Shown here: positions 12,476 through 26,321 of the stretch, piece after piece
How positions within the stretch are numbered: position 1 is the first letter of the stretch
How the letters are laid out: each line of letters starts with the position of its first letter
Program-made: the position numbers and the translations under genes
Notes under the pieces: generated by a model
The model's input: the letters and a program-made list of their open reading frames with translations, nothing else
What the model was told of the DNA's origin: nothing
The model's database searches: none
Assembly: GCA_951406725.2 (NCBI GenBank)
Contig: OX597832.1
Coordinates: forward strand, 3,844,001 to 3,908,000
Direction of reading: 5' to 3'
DNA length: 64,000 bases
Source of the DNA: Octopus vulgaris
Taxonomy: Eukaryota

Positions 12476-14190
12476 CGATTCTTTTTATTGGCCACAAGGG
12501 CTGAAAATCATGAGATTGGAAAACATAAAGGGACAAAACAGGACGAAAGGTTACAAAAGGTTTCGTCCGTTTTTCGAAAAAAAAAAGTTCGTGTAAACAA
12601 GCTTTATAACAACGAAAAAAATTCAACAATTTACAAAACTCCCAATAGAGGAGACGCTTCGAAAAAAGAAAAGGTCTCACGTGGAAAAACCCATAAAAGC
12701 CATGGAGCCTGGTCAAAAGTGGGGTGGGGTGGGGTAGAGAGCCCCTTTCTCCTTTTATAATACCTTTTTCAATTCAAGCGAAACCTCAGAATTGGTCTAT
12801 CTATATTGGCCATTCTTGCACAATTCATCCACCTTTCAGAAAACTTGCTATCAGACAACACTCTCCTCTCTAACCTCATCTTCCTTTTCAAGTGAAACTT
12901 GAAAAAGTTGACGAGGCCTTGACCAATACTCGGGCACTGGACGGGTACGTGCAGAACGGTTTCGTCGTCCTGGCAGGCCCGGCTGACGGCACTTCCGTGC
13001 CGGTAGAGTTTATCTCGAACAGGCAGAGCTCCTCAGTAGCACTGCCAGGCGAGGGACCTTTGGAAATTATCCATTGGCCCCGGCCCGAAAGTTCTTCCAA
13101 ACAGACTGCTCAGTTCGTTATCATCAACGCCTAGAGTTTCCCCGAGAACGTCGTCGCATTTTTTCTTTCACTAACCCTCTATAGAACGCTAGAGTGGAAC
13201 CACTACCGATCGCATTGCCCGCCTGGTGGAGGGCGGAGAGAGCTTGACAGCACTCGAGGTGCCAAGCGCCCTTTCTCGTTCTGCGTTTGATCCAAGACTG
13301 CAACTCTGTCAAAGAGACGAGCTGCGGAAAGTCGCGTCTGACAAAAGATGAGCACACCTGTTCACCGTCTAGGAAACACTTGAGATGACATAGCCTGAGC
13401 GCATGTCTGCACATCAGTAACCACGGCATGCCAAGGCCTCCGTTCAGCGGCCGTTGACAGCAGATGGATCGCCTGACCAGTGGTACCTGACCCTTCCACA
13501 AGAAGTCGAAGTGCAAGCGCACCAGCTTGGCCAACCAGCGGTCGGGACAAGGGACGACGGTCAATCGGTAATAGATGACGGCTGCGACGTGCGCATTCGC
13601 CACCTCCGCTCGACCTTTCAGGGACAGCTTCCTTTCGGTCCATTTCTGGGTGAGATTAGCCACCATGTTCGTCACCTCTTCCCAGTTTTTATCCACCTGG
13701 AGGTCCGGACCGACCAGACCCTGAGCAGTTTAACGGGTCCGTCCGTCCAGCGCCCTACGACGCTGTTGGACGGCATGGGCTTGCCTCTCCAGGTGCCCAG
13801 TTGCAAGCCCACAGACTTTTCCGCGATAATCTTTGCCTCTGTCACCGCTTCGTACTCGTTTAGCGTCTCGCCAATCAGGTCAATGTGCCTGTGGCTCGAC
13901 ACCATCACGGTGACGTCGTCGACATAGGCAGACACGCTGTTTCCATCTCCTAGATCGTGCGGGATACCCCTCAAAGCCTCCAACTTGCGCAGTAATGGTT
14001 CGAGAGTCAATACGTACAAGAGGGAGGAGAGAGGGCATCCTTGGCGGACCGAATGCGAGATGTCAAACGGTTCCGAAAGGTGACCGTTCACCTGTATCAC
14101 CGAGCAGATGTTGCGGCCGACACAGAGATAGAAAAATCTCGTATCCGCCGAAAAATGCCGCGAGTTCCTTCGGGTCGAAGAGCTTGGTTT
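12476..14190 (-). mobile_element. L1/Tx1-clade LINE, 5'-truncated (RT C-terminus and 3' UTR)
   Basis: SVRQGCPLSSLLYVL, SAYVDD and WTERKLSLKGRAEVAN motifs. Minus-strand AATAAA precedes the (TAT)n array. Confidence 0.9.
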
Positions 14191-14529
14191 CACTAATGGC
14201 TGCTACATCCACTCTATGAGACCTCAGATCGTTTAACAGGTGACTCTGTTTCCAAGGTGACCCGAGGCCTCTTACATTTATGCTACCGATTCTGAGTTTT
14301 ACCCTTTTTCAAAAGGTTAAGGAGAAAAAGGCTCTACTTACTGTTGTTGTTTGGTGGAGTGGATCCCTTGTGCTTTTGCACGGGTGTTTTCACCAGCTTT
14401 TTGTAGAGATTTTTTGAGAAATTTCTCCCTAGTGACCCAACATCGTTTGGGAATTTCTCCTTGATTTTATTATAATCGTCTTGTGTGACGTAAGTATGTG
14501 TGCTGGTGGTGTGTTGTGTGTGGGTATAA

Positions 14530-16973
14530 TAAAATCTGACATTTATGTGTCTGTGATGTTTTTCAGGTATGTTACTAACTGTTCATTGTTCGTAATAATA
14601 ATAATAATATTTAAAAAAAAAAAGGATTGACGTAACTCTTCGCAAAGGTGAACAGTCAAGACGAAGAGCGCGATTCGATTGTAAGATATTTTATTAGTTG
14701 AACGATATTTCAACAGTACGTCTGTCTTTGTCAAGTTCAAAATAAAAAGTGATAAAAATTCAATATTACAGAAATTTAAACGTAAAATATGAACGAGAGC
14801 AAGTAGCACGTTGATGGAATGACATGATCACTTTTTAAGTTACAATTTTATAACAGGCGAAAAGAAAAAGACAGAAAAAAAAGGAAAGAAAAAGCGAGAA
14901 AGAAGAATATTTAATCAAACAGCTTTGTATAAATTTGATGATATTCTCCTGTCATCTTATTCATCCCTCCAGGGCGTGATGTTAATAACCTGCAAACATA
15001 TTTCTCCTCATAAATTCTGAGAAGTGAAAGCGAAGTAGATTCAGAATATTTTCTGAGAATATGCACTTTCAAGTCTTCTTCAAAATTGCAGCCGCTTGAA
15101 ACGAAATGTTCATCAAGTTCTGTGAAATTACTGTTATTGTGCCTGACGTTGAATCTGTGCTCATTAAACCTTTTGTTTAACTGTTCCGTTGTGCAACCAA
15201 CATAAATTAAGTTGTGTTTTGTGCATTCTACAGCGTACACCAAATAGGAATCTTTACATGTTCCACCTTCTGTATAAATCGTAACATTTCTCTAATGATT
15301 TCTGATAGAATTCACTTCACTCATGTTGTTGCACTATGAACAGGATTTACCTCTCTTGCGGTTGTTTTTTAAGGTACAGCGTGTAGATAATCCAATGTTC
15401 GTTTTCTTGGAGTCAAATATAGAGGTCAATAATTCTCTTATATTCTTATTCCGTCTAAAGGCTACACTAGGCGGTTGAGGAAATATCTGTTTGAAGCTAG
15501 GATATTTTTTCGCCACATGCTGGTAACTTTCATGCAACACTTTTCCTTTAATCGTGATTCCCTGAAACCGCGTTTGACATAATGACATACAAAAGCATTT
15601 GCATGTTTCCAGTAATCCCCCATGTCAGTACAAATCCGTTTTATCCTCAAAAATTGGGATTTCGGATTTGACCGAATAAGATGATGTGGATGATCGAAGC
15701 GGCGGTGGAGATGAATGTGGGATGATGTGGGCTTGCAAAATAATTCTGTTACTATTCTGCCTCCAGAAAACTTGACTTTTGTATCAAAAAATTCAACGCT
15801 AGTTTTTGAAAAACTAGACGTAAATTTTATGTTGGACTTAAAGCCATAGTTTCTAGCATAACAGTTACAGAAATGCAAGAAGTCCATTAAACTATCCTGT
15901 GATCCTGTCCAGACAAAAAATACATCGTCAATGAACCGTAACCAGAGTATTGGTTCATGACCATGAAGGGATTTGAATGTCTTCAGTAACTGTGTCTCGA
16001 ATTTCGTCATAAAGACATTAGCGAAATTGACTGCCATGGGTGGTAAAATCTTTGTCTAAACTTCTGGTGGTAAAATCTTTGTCTAAACCTCATTGTGTTA
16101 CTTTCTAACACAAACCTCAATAATCTACAGAGAAAATTTGATGGAATACATTTGTTTGACCGCTTTTCGAAGGCATCCATGCATGCTTCTACCCCCTCAT
16201 TGTGGTCAATATTGGGATATAAGGAAGAAACATCCATGATTACCAAAAAAAAACAGTTCTCAATACGGCCTCGGTGCTTGAAAAAGTTGATTTTAGATAC
16301 AAAATCAAAGGTATCCCGAATATAGAAACTTGATCGTTTTGCGACAAGAAGTAGAAAGCCATCCAGCCATTCCGAAATTTTGGCCGTACAACATTCATAT
16401 CCGCTGCAAATTGGGCGCATTGGAGGAAATCTTTCGAACTTTTTGTGTATTTTAGGGAGACCATAAAATACAGGTGTTCTTCTTTCTGACCTTAAAATCT
16501 CATTAATGAAATTGTTTTCCTCCATTTCCAGAATTATTCTTTCAAGTTCCTCTCTGTAATTGGAGTTTAGATCGACAAGTAATTCTTCATATGAAGTTTT
16601 GGCATTTAAAACTTCTTCACAAGCCGAAATATACTCACTTTTGTCCATAATTACGATAGTGCCTCCCTTATCCGCCATCTTAATAATAATAGAATCGTTA
16701 TTAGCTAGACGTTGGAGTGCGTAACGTTAGGAATTTTTGAGGTTGTTCCAGGATTTCTTTCCACTTGTTTTAAGGCTTTCTCTAATGCCTGCCTGATAAG
16801 ATTCAAGAAATTCCAGTAGTGCTTGTGAACGTCCATCCCGAACTTTATCTGGATACCAATTGGGATTCTTTACAATCCAATTATGCCAGATTCGATCATC
16901 ATCATTTTTATTTTTTGTAAACATAAGGTTATCTGACTCCTCGTTACCAGTTTTTTCAAAAAAGTATTATTTC

Positions 16974-16975
<2 letters not shown>
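14530..16975 (-). mobile_element. Penelope-like retroelement (RT and C-terminal GIY-YIG), degraded
   Basis: ADKGGTIVIMDK, FYGLPKIHK, DVSSLYPNI, WLRFIDDVF, VYAVECTKH...YVGCT...RFNEHR and PGGMN, broken by stops and frameshifts. Confidence 0.92.
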
Positions 16976-17031
<56 letters not shown>

Positions 17032-17032
<1 letters not shown>

Positions 17033-19400
17033 GTGTTCAGGCTGGTCGCTCTTTATGCTCCCTGCGAAGGAAAAGCCGGGCAGAAAGATTACTTCAAAAG
17101 CCTAGAGAATTTTCTCGGCAGGTCGAACACGTTAGTATTGCTAGGCGACTTCAACACAATTTGCGATGCACGCGTAGATTATGTTGGCTCAAGAAAGAAT
17201 AGGAGGGGATTACCTCACCTCAACGATCTGCTAAGTCGTTTCGAGTTGGCAGATCGATTCAGACTGGACCACCCAGACGTTCCAGCGTGGATCTGGACAA
17301 GAAACGACGGGTCGTCCAGATCTTACATAGATAGAATCATTACTAGAAGGAAAGATAAGAAAATACTTAGCTGTTCACAACACCATATCGTCAGCTACAG
17401 CGATCACAAATTAGTGACATGTACGCTCGACCTAGATAGCATGTGTAGACAAGGTACCAGTTACCGGAAGCTAAACAAGTTACTATTGGACTGTGAAGCC
17501 CACGGGAAGCAGATTAGACAGTAATGAGGGCGTTAACCGGATCCATTATCAACAACAAATGGTGGTACGCCCTGAAAAGAGCCATCAAATTTGAGTCGAT
17601 TAGGTTTAGCAAAGAATTAGCTAGTGCTAGAGACAAAGTAGAAAAGGGACTAGTTAAGGCAGTAGACGAGGCAATGAGGTCAGGCTGTACTCGATGGTCT
17701 GCCTTACGAACTCTATAGTAGCAAGCGAGACTTGTTTGGGCACCTACTTGCATGCGTGTACACCAACTGGCAGCAGAACGGGAGAATTCCCAAGTCTGTG
17801 AGCCGAGGGATGGTAGCGCTGTTAAGAAAGGACCTAAACAAGGGGGATTTAATTGATAATTTTCGGCCCATCACTCTGCTTAACGCAGAGTTGAAGATTT
17901 TGGGCAAGGTCTTAGCAAAAAGGTTGGCGCGGGGCGTGGGTGAACTTGTTGGTGAGGCGCAAACTTGCGCCATCCCTGGAAGGACCATCCACGACAATCT
18001 CCACTTTCTACGCTATGCCTTAGAAAGGGTAAATAGGATTCCTGGCAAGGGTGGGGCTATGGTCCATTTGGACCAATCGAAAGCGTTCGATAGGGTAAAC
18101 CATCAGTATCTGGCGGCTGTCCTCGCAGCGGCTGGCTTTGGCCTGACCTTCCGCAGATGGATCAACGCTTTATACAGCAACATCGAATCTGTAGTTTGGG
18201 TGAACGGTTTCTTTTCGGAGCCGTTCCGCATTGAACTTTCGGTACTTCAAGGGTGCCCTCTCTCCCCGCTTCTCTACGTTTTGGCCCTCGAACCATTGCT
18301 GAGGAGGTTGGAAACTATGAGGGTTGCTCCGCAAGATCTAGGGTGCGGAAAGTCCACTTCGGCGTATGCGGACGACAACGTCGTAGGACGTTGGACGTTG
18401 GACGTTGGACGGAAGGGCCGGTAAAAATGTTTGGAATCTGGTTAGGTCCAGATCTCCAGATAGAGAAGAATTGGAGCGAGGTGGCGAGAAAGGTAGCTCT
18501 CCTAACTCAGACCTGGTCTGAGTGGAAGCTGTCCTTGAAAGGGAGGGCGGAGGTTGAAGAGGTGTTTATTGCCTCTGTAATCACTTACCGCCTGACTGTC
18601 GTGCCTTGTACCGATTCGTGGCTGAACAAGCTAGAACGCATGCTCTTTCGCTTTTTGTGGAAGGGCAGCAGACTTCTTGTAAGGTGCTCTATCTACTGCC
18701 AAAAGCTGCTGAAGGGTGGGTTATGGATGCCGAGGCTAAAAATACGCAGACATGCGCTCAGGCTTAGGCATCTCTAGCTTTACCTGGACGGTGAGTAGGT
18801 GTGGTCTCCGTTCGTCAAACTGTTATTTCCACAGATCACATCGTTTACCAAACTGAACCATGGATCAAGTGTAGACCGAGGCATGTGGCATGCAGAGTGC
18901 CATCAGGCACTCGTGCTTCTCTCCCAGTCGGGCAACGCCGGTGGTGGGGGTACTACGTCGTTCTTCTATAGAGGGTTAATAGAGTTTAAGTGTGACAACG
19001 TCCTGGGAGAAACCCTAGGCTTCGACGAAGATCAACTGGCCAGCCTGTTTAGACATGAATGTGCACTTCCGCCGGTTTGTGCAAAATGTGAGCGGGACAG
19101 TGAAACTGTCCTGCATGCAATTGTGCAATGCCCCAAGGTGACTGAGCTCTGGGCTTGTGTCGAACACCTGCTATTGCATTCGAGAAGAGTATAACTGTCG
19201 AGCGAATCTATAATTAAGATCGTTCCGTTGACTTCCATGAATAGGGAGGAGCGAGCCTGTTTTCTCTCGGTAGTTGCTGTATATATTTTGTTTGTTTATT
19301 CATACATTTTGTCTCATTCGATACCCTGACCCCAATGTTTGTTTTGTCTGTCCTCGTATCACCCTCTCTTTTTCTCAACCTTATGGTGAATAAAGAAATT
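17032..19400 (+). mobile_element. L1/Tx1-clade LINE ORF2 remnant (APE, RT, CCHC) between (TC)n arrays
   Basis: LLGDFN, SYIDRI, SDHK, FRPITLLN, DQSKAFDRV, QGCPLSP, AYADD and CAKC...ETVLHAIVQC. AATAAA near 19389, with (TC)n at 16976-17031 and from about 19399. Confidence 0.92.
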
Positions 19401-19519
19401 CTCTCTCTCTCTCCCTCCCTCTCTCTCTCACTCTCCCCTCTCTCTCCCTCCCCCTCTTTCTCTCCGGCCAGGTAATCTTGTACCTCCTCTACATCAAGAT
19501 ATCTGTTTCTCTCTCTCTC

Positions 19520-19903
19520 TCTCTCGACACAAGATCATCTCCAATGCCCCCTTCCCTCTCAAAAGAGATTTAAAATTTTTTTTGTCTCGCAAGTACTTGA
19601 TGACCCTGTCAGTGTAGGTGCCACTTAAAAGCACCTAGTTCACACTGTAAAGTGGTTTGTGTTTTGAAGGGCATCCAGCTGTAAAAACCTTGCCAAAACT
19701 GACCTCACCTGTGCTTGTGCCACGTAAAAAGCACTAAGTCCACTCTGCTGGGTGGTTGGTGTAAGGAAAGGCATCCAGCTGTAAAAATCCTGCCAAAACA
19801 GTTACAGAAGTCTGGTGCAGGCTTCTTACTGGCCGGCTCTTGTCAAACTGTCTCACCCATGCCAGCATGGAAAGTGGACGTTAAACGATGATGATGATGA
19901 TGA
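19520..19903 (+). mobile_element. RTE-type LINE 3' UTR fragment ending in (GAT)n
   Basis: AAGGGCATCCAGCTGTA...CCCATGCCAGCATGGAA...GTTAAACGATGATGATG matches the tail of the RTE at 35.4-37.1 kb. Confidence 0.75.
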
Positions 19904-21801
19904 ACACATCTGCAGGGCAGCTAACCTCTATGACTCCATAATGTTTCTTTTCTGTTCCAAATAACTGTTAAGTCTGTTATGTTTGAACTTGGAAGAAGTT
20001 TTGATGAAACAACATAAAGTATGAAAACAAACGAGTTAAATATACAAACAGCAAGAGAGAAAACTGAAAAAAGAGGACAAGTAACACAGAGGAAAACCTT
20101 TCATCAGTTGTCGGCTGTCTATCTACTCCTCATTTTGAGAATATATATACATGTATGTATGTATGTATGTATGTATGTATGTGTATGTGTGTAAGCAACA
20201 ACTACATTATAGAAATATACATATGTACATAGAGAGTGAGTGAGGAGAAAGATTCTTCTGTTATTTGTTTACATAAAGTAAAGAAGTTAGTTATATTCTA
20301 TCTACTTTGACTTTTTACCTATCCTTGCATGCAGAAGTTCTACAAGTAGCTAATGATTCCCAAAACAAGTAAATATTTGATAAACCTTTTTTTCCTAGAT
20401 AAAAACTATTACCTTTCTCTTTAATGGTTCAAATGTCACCTTCTATTCATCCTCAGTCTTTATTGGAACTGAGCCGCAGCAAAGTATGTAGTGTCGTTGT
20501 TATAGCATTACACATCATTTTCAGAGGCAGTGACCCAGTCATCTATGGAAACTAAGAACAGAAGCATGATGTGTGTGAAAACCAAAGGGTCTGGAGCATT
20601 CATGAATGACAAATTGAAGAATTGACCTAAAGGAGTGACTTGGATTTCTTGCTGAGGTGACTTTACAGCTACCTTAGCAGTTGACTGCATATTCTATTGG
20701 ATCGTCTCTTGGCATAAATTTCAGTGTGTCAAACGCTTTCAAAAACTGCTTAGCTGGGGATGAGACCCCACATTCTTGATTTATGTCTGACAGTAGCATA
20801 ACAACACTTCACTGCGCCTGGGGCAAAAACATTTCTTGTTGCTCCCTATTTAATTAATAAATATGATATATGACCTGAGGAAATTGTATTCTCCTTTACA
20901 GCTGTGCCCAGGAGGAGACTGCTTTTGCTGTCTCTCCCTTTTGCTATACTTTTGAAGTCCAGGTTATTGTTCCATATCTGGAAGAGAGAAATAGAGGAAG
21001 GGCGGGAGAAAGAGAGAGAGACAAACAGACAGAGACAGAGAAAGAGAAAGAGAGAGAGAGAGAGACAAACAGACAGAGAAAGAGACAGAGACACACAGAG
21101 ATATACAGACAGACAGAAACAGATAGAGAGAGACAGAGAGAGAGAAAGAAAGTGAGAGACAGAAACAGAGACAGGAAGAGGGAAAGAGAAAATGAGAGAG
21201 AGAGAAAGAGAGAGGGGAGATGAAGGGAAGGAGGAGAGAGAGAGAGAGAGAGAGAATGGGTATACTAAGCCATGGTTTAGTTGAAAGTTAAATGATCATT
21301 GCAATAGCAATGATTTTTTTTCTTTCACTTAGTTGTCTATTTACTCCTGGTTATATCATTTTACTGCTGCTGATGAGCAATAAAATGGATTGAGAGTTTG
21401 ATAAGTCAGATCTGCATTTTCTCTTAAGTATAGTAATTTCCCACAGACAGTCTTCCAATGATTTGGAAATATGCCACAAGTGAAGCACAAGCAAAGTAAC
21501 TCATAAGTGAAACAAGAAACAAGTCAGTTTCTTACATTGCTTCAGGATTTTAACTGAAATTTGATCAGAACTAGTGGCTTTCTAAGGTTTAAGTTTTGCA
21601 TTTTCTTAATATCTTTTGCTCTGTGAATCCTGCTCTTAGCATTATAACAGATAGTTGTGGAGATTTTGGTATTTTGCATTTTTCTGCAAAGGTATGGCAG
21701 GAGACATTGGTTCTCTTTTCCATTGAATGTTCAGTAACTTTATCTTTGATGATGAGAACATGGGAGTGAGCTGCTGATGAGGGAGAGGGGGGGGGAGATA
21801 G

Positions 21802-21889
<88 letters not shown>

Positions 21890-22424
21890 AGCTTACAATG
21901 TTCCACCAGTTCTTGTTATAGAGATTCTTGGTTGCCAGAAAATGGTTGTTTTCTGCATCTACCTTGTGCACAACCTAACATTGTGGTTTCTTATCATCAT
22001 TTCTGACTTATTCTAGATGTGCTTTGCCTCTGTAAATGTTCATTTATTCTCTTGAATGTTACCATTCTTTGACTGAGAGGAATGCTGATGCTTCATTCTT
22101 TGTTACCTGGATTTTTAATCATGCCTCTTTGAAGTAAAGGTGTACATGCCTTTCCTGCATCCATAATATGGTTGTAGCATGAGCACATGGTTTTTATATT
22201 CTATCTTTTACTTGCTTCAGTCATAAGTAGATTGTGGTTATGCTGAGGCACTTCCTTGAATTTTAAAGGAATAGATTGATCCTGTATTTAATTTTTTTAA
22301 GCTGATGCTTATTCTATCAGTCACTTTTGCAAAACTGCTATGTTATGGGGACATAGACATACCAACACCGGTTGCCAAGTTGTGGTGGGGGACAAACACA
22401 GACTCAAAGACTCTGTGTGTGTGT

Positions 22425-22492
<68 letters not shown>

Positions 22493-22881
22493 ATGGATGC
22501 CAACCTTCAGATTGATAATATTTTATTTTTCCCATGCAATGGATAATCTGTAAACAAGTCCAATTAACAATTTCTAATTCCAAGAGCAATTATGAACCAT
22601 ATGTATTCTAAGCTCTTCCAGGAAGATAGTGATGGTGTTGGTGCTGGTGGTGGAGCAATACCTTTCGCTCTATTAATATCTTAATATCTCAGGTCAACCT
22701 CCTTGACAGTATTTTAAACCATGGTGCAGCCAATGCTATTTAGGATAGTTAAGTTCAGGGTAGACTGTTATAATTACTAAAGAAGGTTTGCTGTTGAACA
22801 CAATCTGTATTTATTTCCATAACATATAAATCCAAGTCTGTAGTCTTGGTTTATGTGTGGTGTTTTGCTTTATTAACTTAA

Positions 22882-23100
22882 CCTTTTCATTACTGTATTT
22901 ATTTTGAGATGCTCTGTGTTTCTTTCAATTTCTTCAAATATAACAAAGAATTTAGTAAAATAACTTGGTTATCATTCAGCTAGTGTTAGGAACATAAATT
23001 GTGACTAAGGTTTGGTGAAGATTTTAATTCAAAACTTATGAAAACAAGACATCTGTACTCAGACCAAGAGCTGGTTTCAGCCGGGTTGGTAATGAAAGGG
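22882..23100. mobile_element. piggyBac-like MITE
   Basis: TTAA|CCTTTTCATTAC...GTAATGAAAGGG|TTAA, with the TSD at 22878-22881 and 23101-23104. Confidence 0.85.
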
Positions 23101-23214
23101 TTAAGAAAACTTAGACACAATTTTCATTATGCAGACACTTAATAATTTTTGATGGTTACTAATATACACATAGCTAATATCAGAGACACTGGTAATAATA
23201 GAGACACAGATGAT

Positions 23215-23450
23215 ATTGATTTAAAATTTTGGCACAAGGCCAGCAACTCCAGGGTAGGGGTAAGTTGATTATATTGAACCCCCCCTCCCGCCCCGCCCAG
23301 TGCTCAACTTGCACTTATTTTAACAACCCTGAACAGATGAAAGTTAAAGTTAACTTTAACTTAACTTTAACAGAATTTTAACTCAGAACATAAAAATGGA
23401 TGAAATGCTGCTAAGCAGTGTATCAATGATTCTGACAGCTTACTACCATA
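23215..23450 (-). mobile_element. SINE family B (central GCCTTTCATCCTTTC.GGGTCGATAAAATAAGTACCAG block)
   Basis: The same ~220-bp unit recurs at about 28.6-28.9, 29.64, 29.87, 33.35, 34.12, 38.28, 40.8, 43.93, 44.47, 45.17, 48.4, 48.66 and 49.67 kb. The head has B-box-like GAGTTCAAAT. Confidence 0.8.
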
Positions 23451-23514
23451 CTACTACTAATAATAATATGTGTGTGTTTGTGTGTGTGTGTGTGTGTGTA
23501 CACATACAGGACAG

Positions 23515-24010
23515 GTGCAGGAATGGCTGTATGGTAAAAAGTTTGTTTCCTAACCACATGGGCTATTGTGGCACCTTGTATAAGTATTTTCTGCTATAGT
23601 CTTAAGCGAGCCAAAACTTTGTGAGTAGATTTGGCTGATGGAAACTGAAAGAAGCTCATTCTATATATATATAGAATGGGCTTCTTTTAGTTTCCATATA
23701 CATGTGTGTGTATGTATGTGTGTGTGTATGTGCATGTGTGTGCGTGTGTGTATGTGTGTGTACGTGTGTGTGAGTGTATGTGCATGTGTGTGTGCATGTG
23801 TGTGTGTGTGTGTCTGTGTGCTTGCCCTCACCACAGCTTAACAATCAGTGTTTGTGTGTTTACATTCTTATAACATAGCAGGTTGGCAAATAAGACTAAT
23901 ATAATAAGTATCAGGCATAAAAAAATAAGTACTGTCGTTGATTTATTCAACTAAAGTTCTTCCAGCATGACTGCAGTCTATTGGCTGAAACAAGTAAAAG
24001 ATAAAAGACA
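23515..24010 (+). mobile_element. SINE family A with internal TA/TG microsatellite
   Basis: Head GGTGCAGGAATGGCTGTATGGT and tail GAAACAAGTAAAAGATAAAAG. Confidence 0.75.
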
Positions 24011-24305
24011 TGCAGATAATACAAACACAGATAATATAGACATAGAAAATATTAAAGATGCAGATATGACAGACACATATTATGAAATATACACAGAACA
24101 TATTATAGACAGACAATAATATATATACATATATATACAGATGATATTATAAATGCAGATAATAGTATAGACTAAGATAATAATATAGATGTAGATTATA
24201 AAGACATAGATAATATTTTTACCACAGAGAAGGATTTATATAGAGAATATTTTGCATGCATATAATGATATATATACAAACAAATAATATTATGCACATA
24301 GATAC

Positions 24306-24337
<32 letters not shown>

Positions 24338-24355
24338 TGTATGTATGTATGTATG

Positions 24356-24386
<31 letters not shown>

Positions 24387-24399
24387 GTATGTATGTAAG

Positions 24400-24437
<38 letters not shown>

Positions 24438-24531
24438 ATCCAAACAAGAAAGCACAAAAAAACACAACAACGTGAGGATGTGGAACAAATATAGTATTAT
24501 TGGACGCTCAGGAAAGAAGGAAAGAAGGAGG

Positions 24532-24566
24532 GTTTAACGTTTCGAGCGGAGCTCTTCGTCGGAAAC
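24532..24566 (-). ncRNA. Minimal or variant type I hammerhead motif in a PLE pseudo-LTR-like repeat
   Basis: Minus strand GTTT-CCGACGA-A-GAGC-TCC-GCTC-GAAA-CG-TT-AAAC. It has stems I and II and a palindromic stem III (ACGT), and the core deviates from CUGANGA. Confidence 0.6.
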
Positions 24567-25004
24567 ATAGGAGAAGGAAAGATCCAGAGAAGGGAAGACA
24601 GAGGAAAAAAAATCACCAACGGTACACACGAGGTCACATATATGTATGTATCTATGTATATAGATAAAACTTACTTGGAAATGGATGTGTGGCGTTCGAT
24701 CATATAATAACATAAATAATATATAAACATATGCATATATACATACATATATGTACATACCTACGTTGTTGTATGTCTCGTACTCTGTTTTTTCGTTGTT
24801 TGAAAAAAAGTTTGTTTCCGTGTTTTTGTTTTTATGTTTTCGTTTCTCATTGTGTTCAACGTTTTTTGGTGTCCTGTACCCATATATACTTGTATATATA
24901 CATATAGATGTAGGTATGTACATATATGTATGTATATATGCATATGTTTATATATTATTTATGTTATTATATATGTATATATGTATATATATAATATATA
25001 TTCG

Positions 25005-25450
25005 AATAGATGTCAGCAGCTCCATAAAGAAGAGCTTATCACTCAAACTGGATGAGACTCATGGAAGAGGAAGAACCAAAAAGACATGGGACAAAATACT
25101 GAACCTTTCAGAGGAGATAACAACAGACCAAGATATTTGGTGCTTTACTGTACTCAAGAAGACCTCTCCTCCATAGCAGAGATGTTAAAGCTGCTCCGCT
25201 GGTTGAAGAAGATTGGCCTGCAACAGTCCTGTACTGGTGCCACATAAAAAGCACTCATGCCAGCACCATGTTAAAAATACCCAGCACACAGTGTAAAGTG
25301 GTTGGCATTAGGAAGGGCATCCAACCATAGAAACCTTGCCAAATCATACTGGAACCTGGAGTAACTCTCCAACTAGCCAGCTCTCATTAAATTATCCAAC
25401 CCATGCCAGCATCAAAAATGGATGCTAAAGGATGGTGATGATAAGGATGA
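25005..25450 (+). mobile_element. RTE LINE 3' fragment
   Basis: GRGRTKKTWD motif followed by the RTE 3' UTR. Confidence 0.75.
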
Positions 25451-25469
25451 TTTTATTTAAATATATATG

Positions 25470-25513
<44 letters not shown>

Positions 25514-25514
<1 letters not shown>

Positions 25515-26275
25515 GTGGTCTGATAAATAAGTATCCGGACGGTTGCTATAGTTATGAAGCTAAAACACGCAGAGTGAAGTTGCTTGGCACAGACTGACCT
25601 TGAACTCTGTTGTGCATGCACACTAAGTTTTAACATTCTAGCACACTTTCGTTGTTTACAGCAGTGCTTGGAAGTAACATGTGTAGTATGTGTTTGTTGC
25701 ATTGACCATGACAGAGAAAGTTAAGCAGAGAATCGGCATCAAATTTTGCCAAAAGCTTGCCAATACCTGAGCAGAGGTTTATGCAAAGTTTTCAAAAAAT
25801 CTTCACAGTTCTCGACACAACTAATCTGCACCTCTGATAACTCACGGATGGTGATTCAACAACTTCCTCTCACAGCTGCATGCATATCTGCAATGTTTTT
25901 CTCAGTTCTGCTGGTTGCAAGTCTACCAGAATGTTTGTCACTTTTGACATTTTGTCGGCCATCTTGAAAACGTCTGAACCACTCATGCATTTGTGTGCAG
26001 CTCATACACTCCCCTCCATACACTTGCTGCAACTATGCATAGGCCTCTAAGCAGGTACCTCCATGACAACTTTCTCTGTCATGGTCAATGCGACAATCAC
26101 ACATTACACACGTTATTTCAAAGCACTGCTGTGAACAGCGGAAGTGAGCTAGAATGTTAAAGCTAAATGCACATGCACAGCAGAGGTCAAGGTCAATCTT
26201 TGCCAGCAGCTTTACTCTGTGTGCTATAGCTTCATTACTATGGCAACAGTCCGGATACTTATTGATCACACTTCG
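25514..26275. mobile_element. Foldback non-autonomous mariner made of two inverted 5' ends
   Basis: About 200-bp inverted arms, each containing ATGACAGAGAAAGTT (left arm reads MTEKVKQRIGIKFCQKL). Lies in TA microsatellite. Confidence 0.8.
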
Positions 26276-26276
26276 C

Positions 26277-26321
<45 letters not shown>

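Noticed and set aside
15244-15340. In-frame stops in the PLE Cys linker as selenocysteine codons (Naiad-type)
   Set aside because: The stops are TAG, not TGA, and the element has many other lesions.
19985-20140. CTGATGA on the minus strand as a hammerhead
   Set aside because: I could not identify a matching stem II, GAAA and stem III.
20412-20978. Minus-strand coding exon
   Set aside because: Splice-like boundaries exist but all three frames contain stops. At best it is a non-coding or terminal exon, and there is no support without RNA data.
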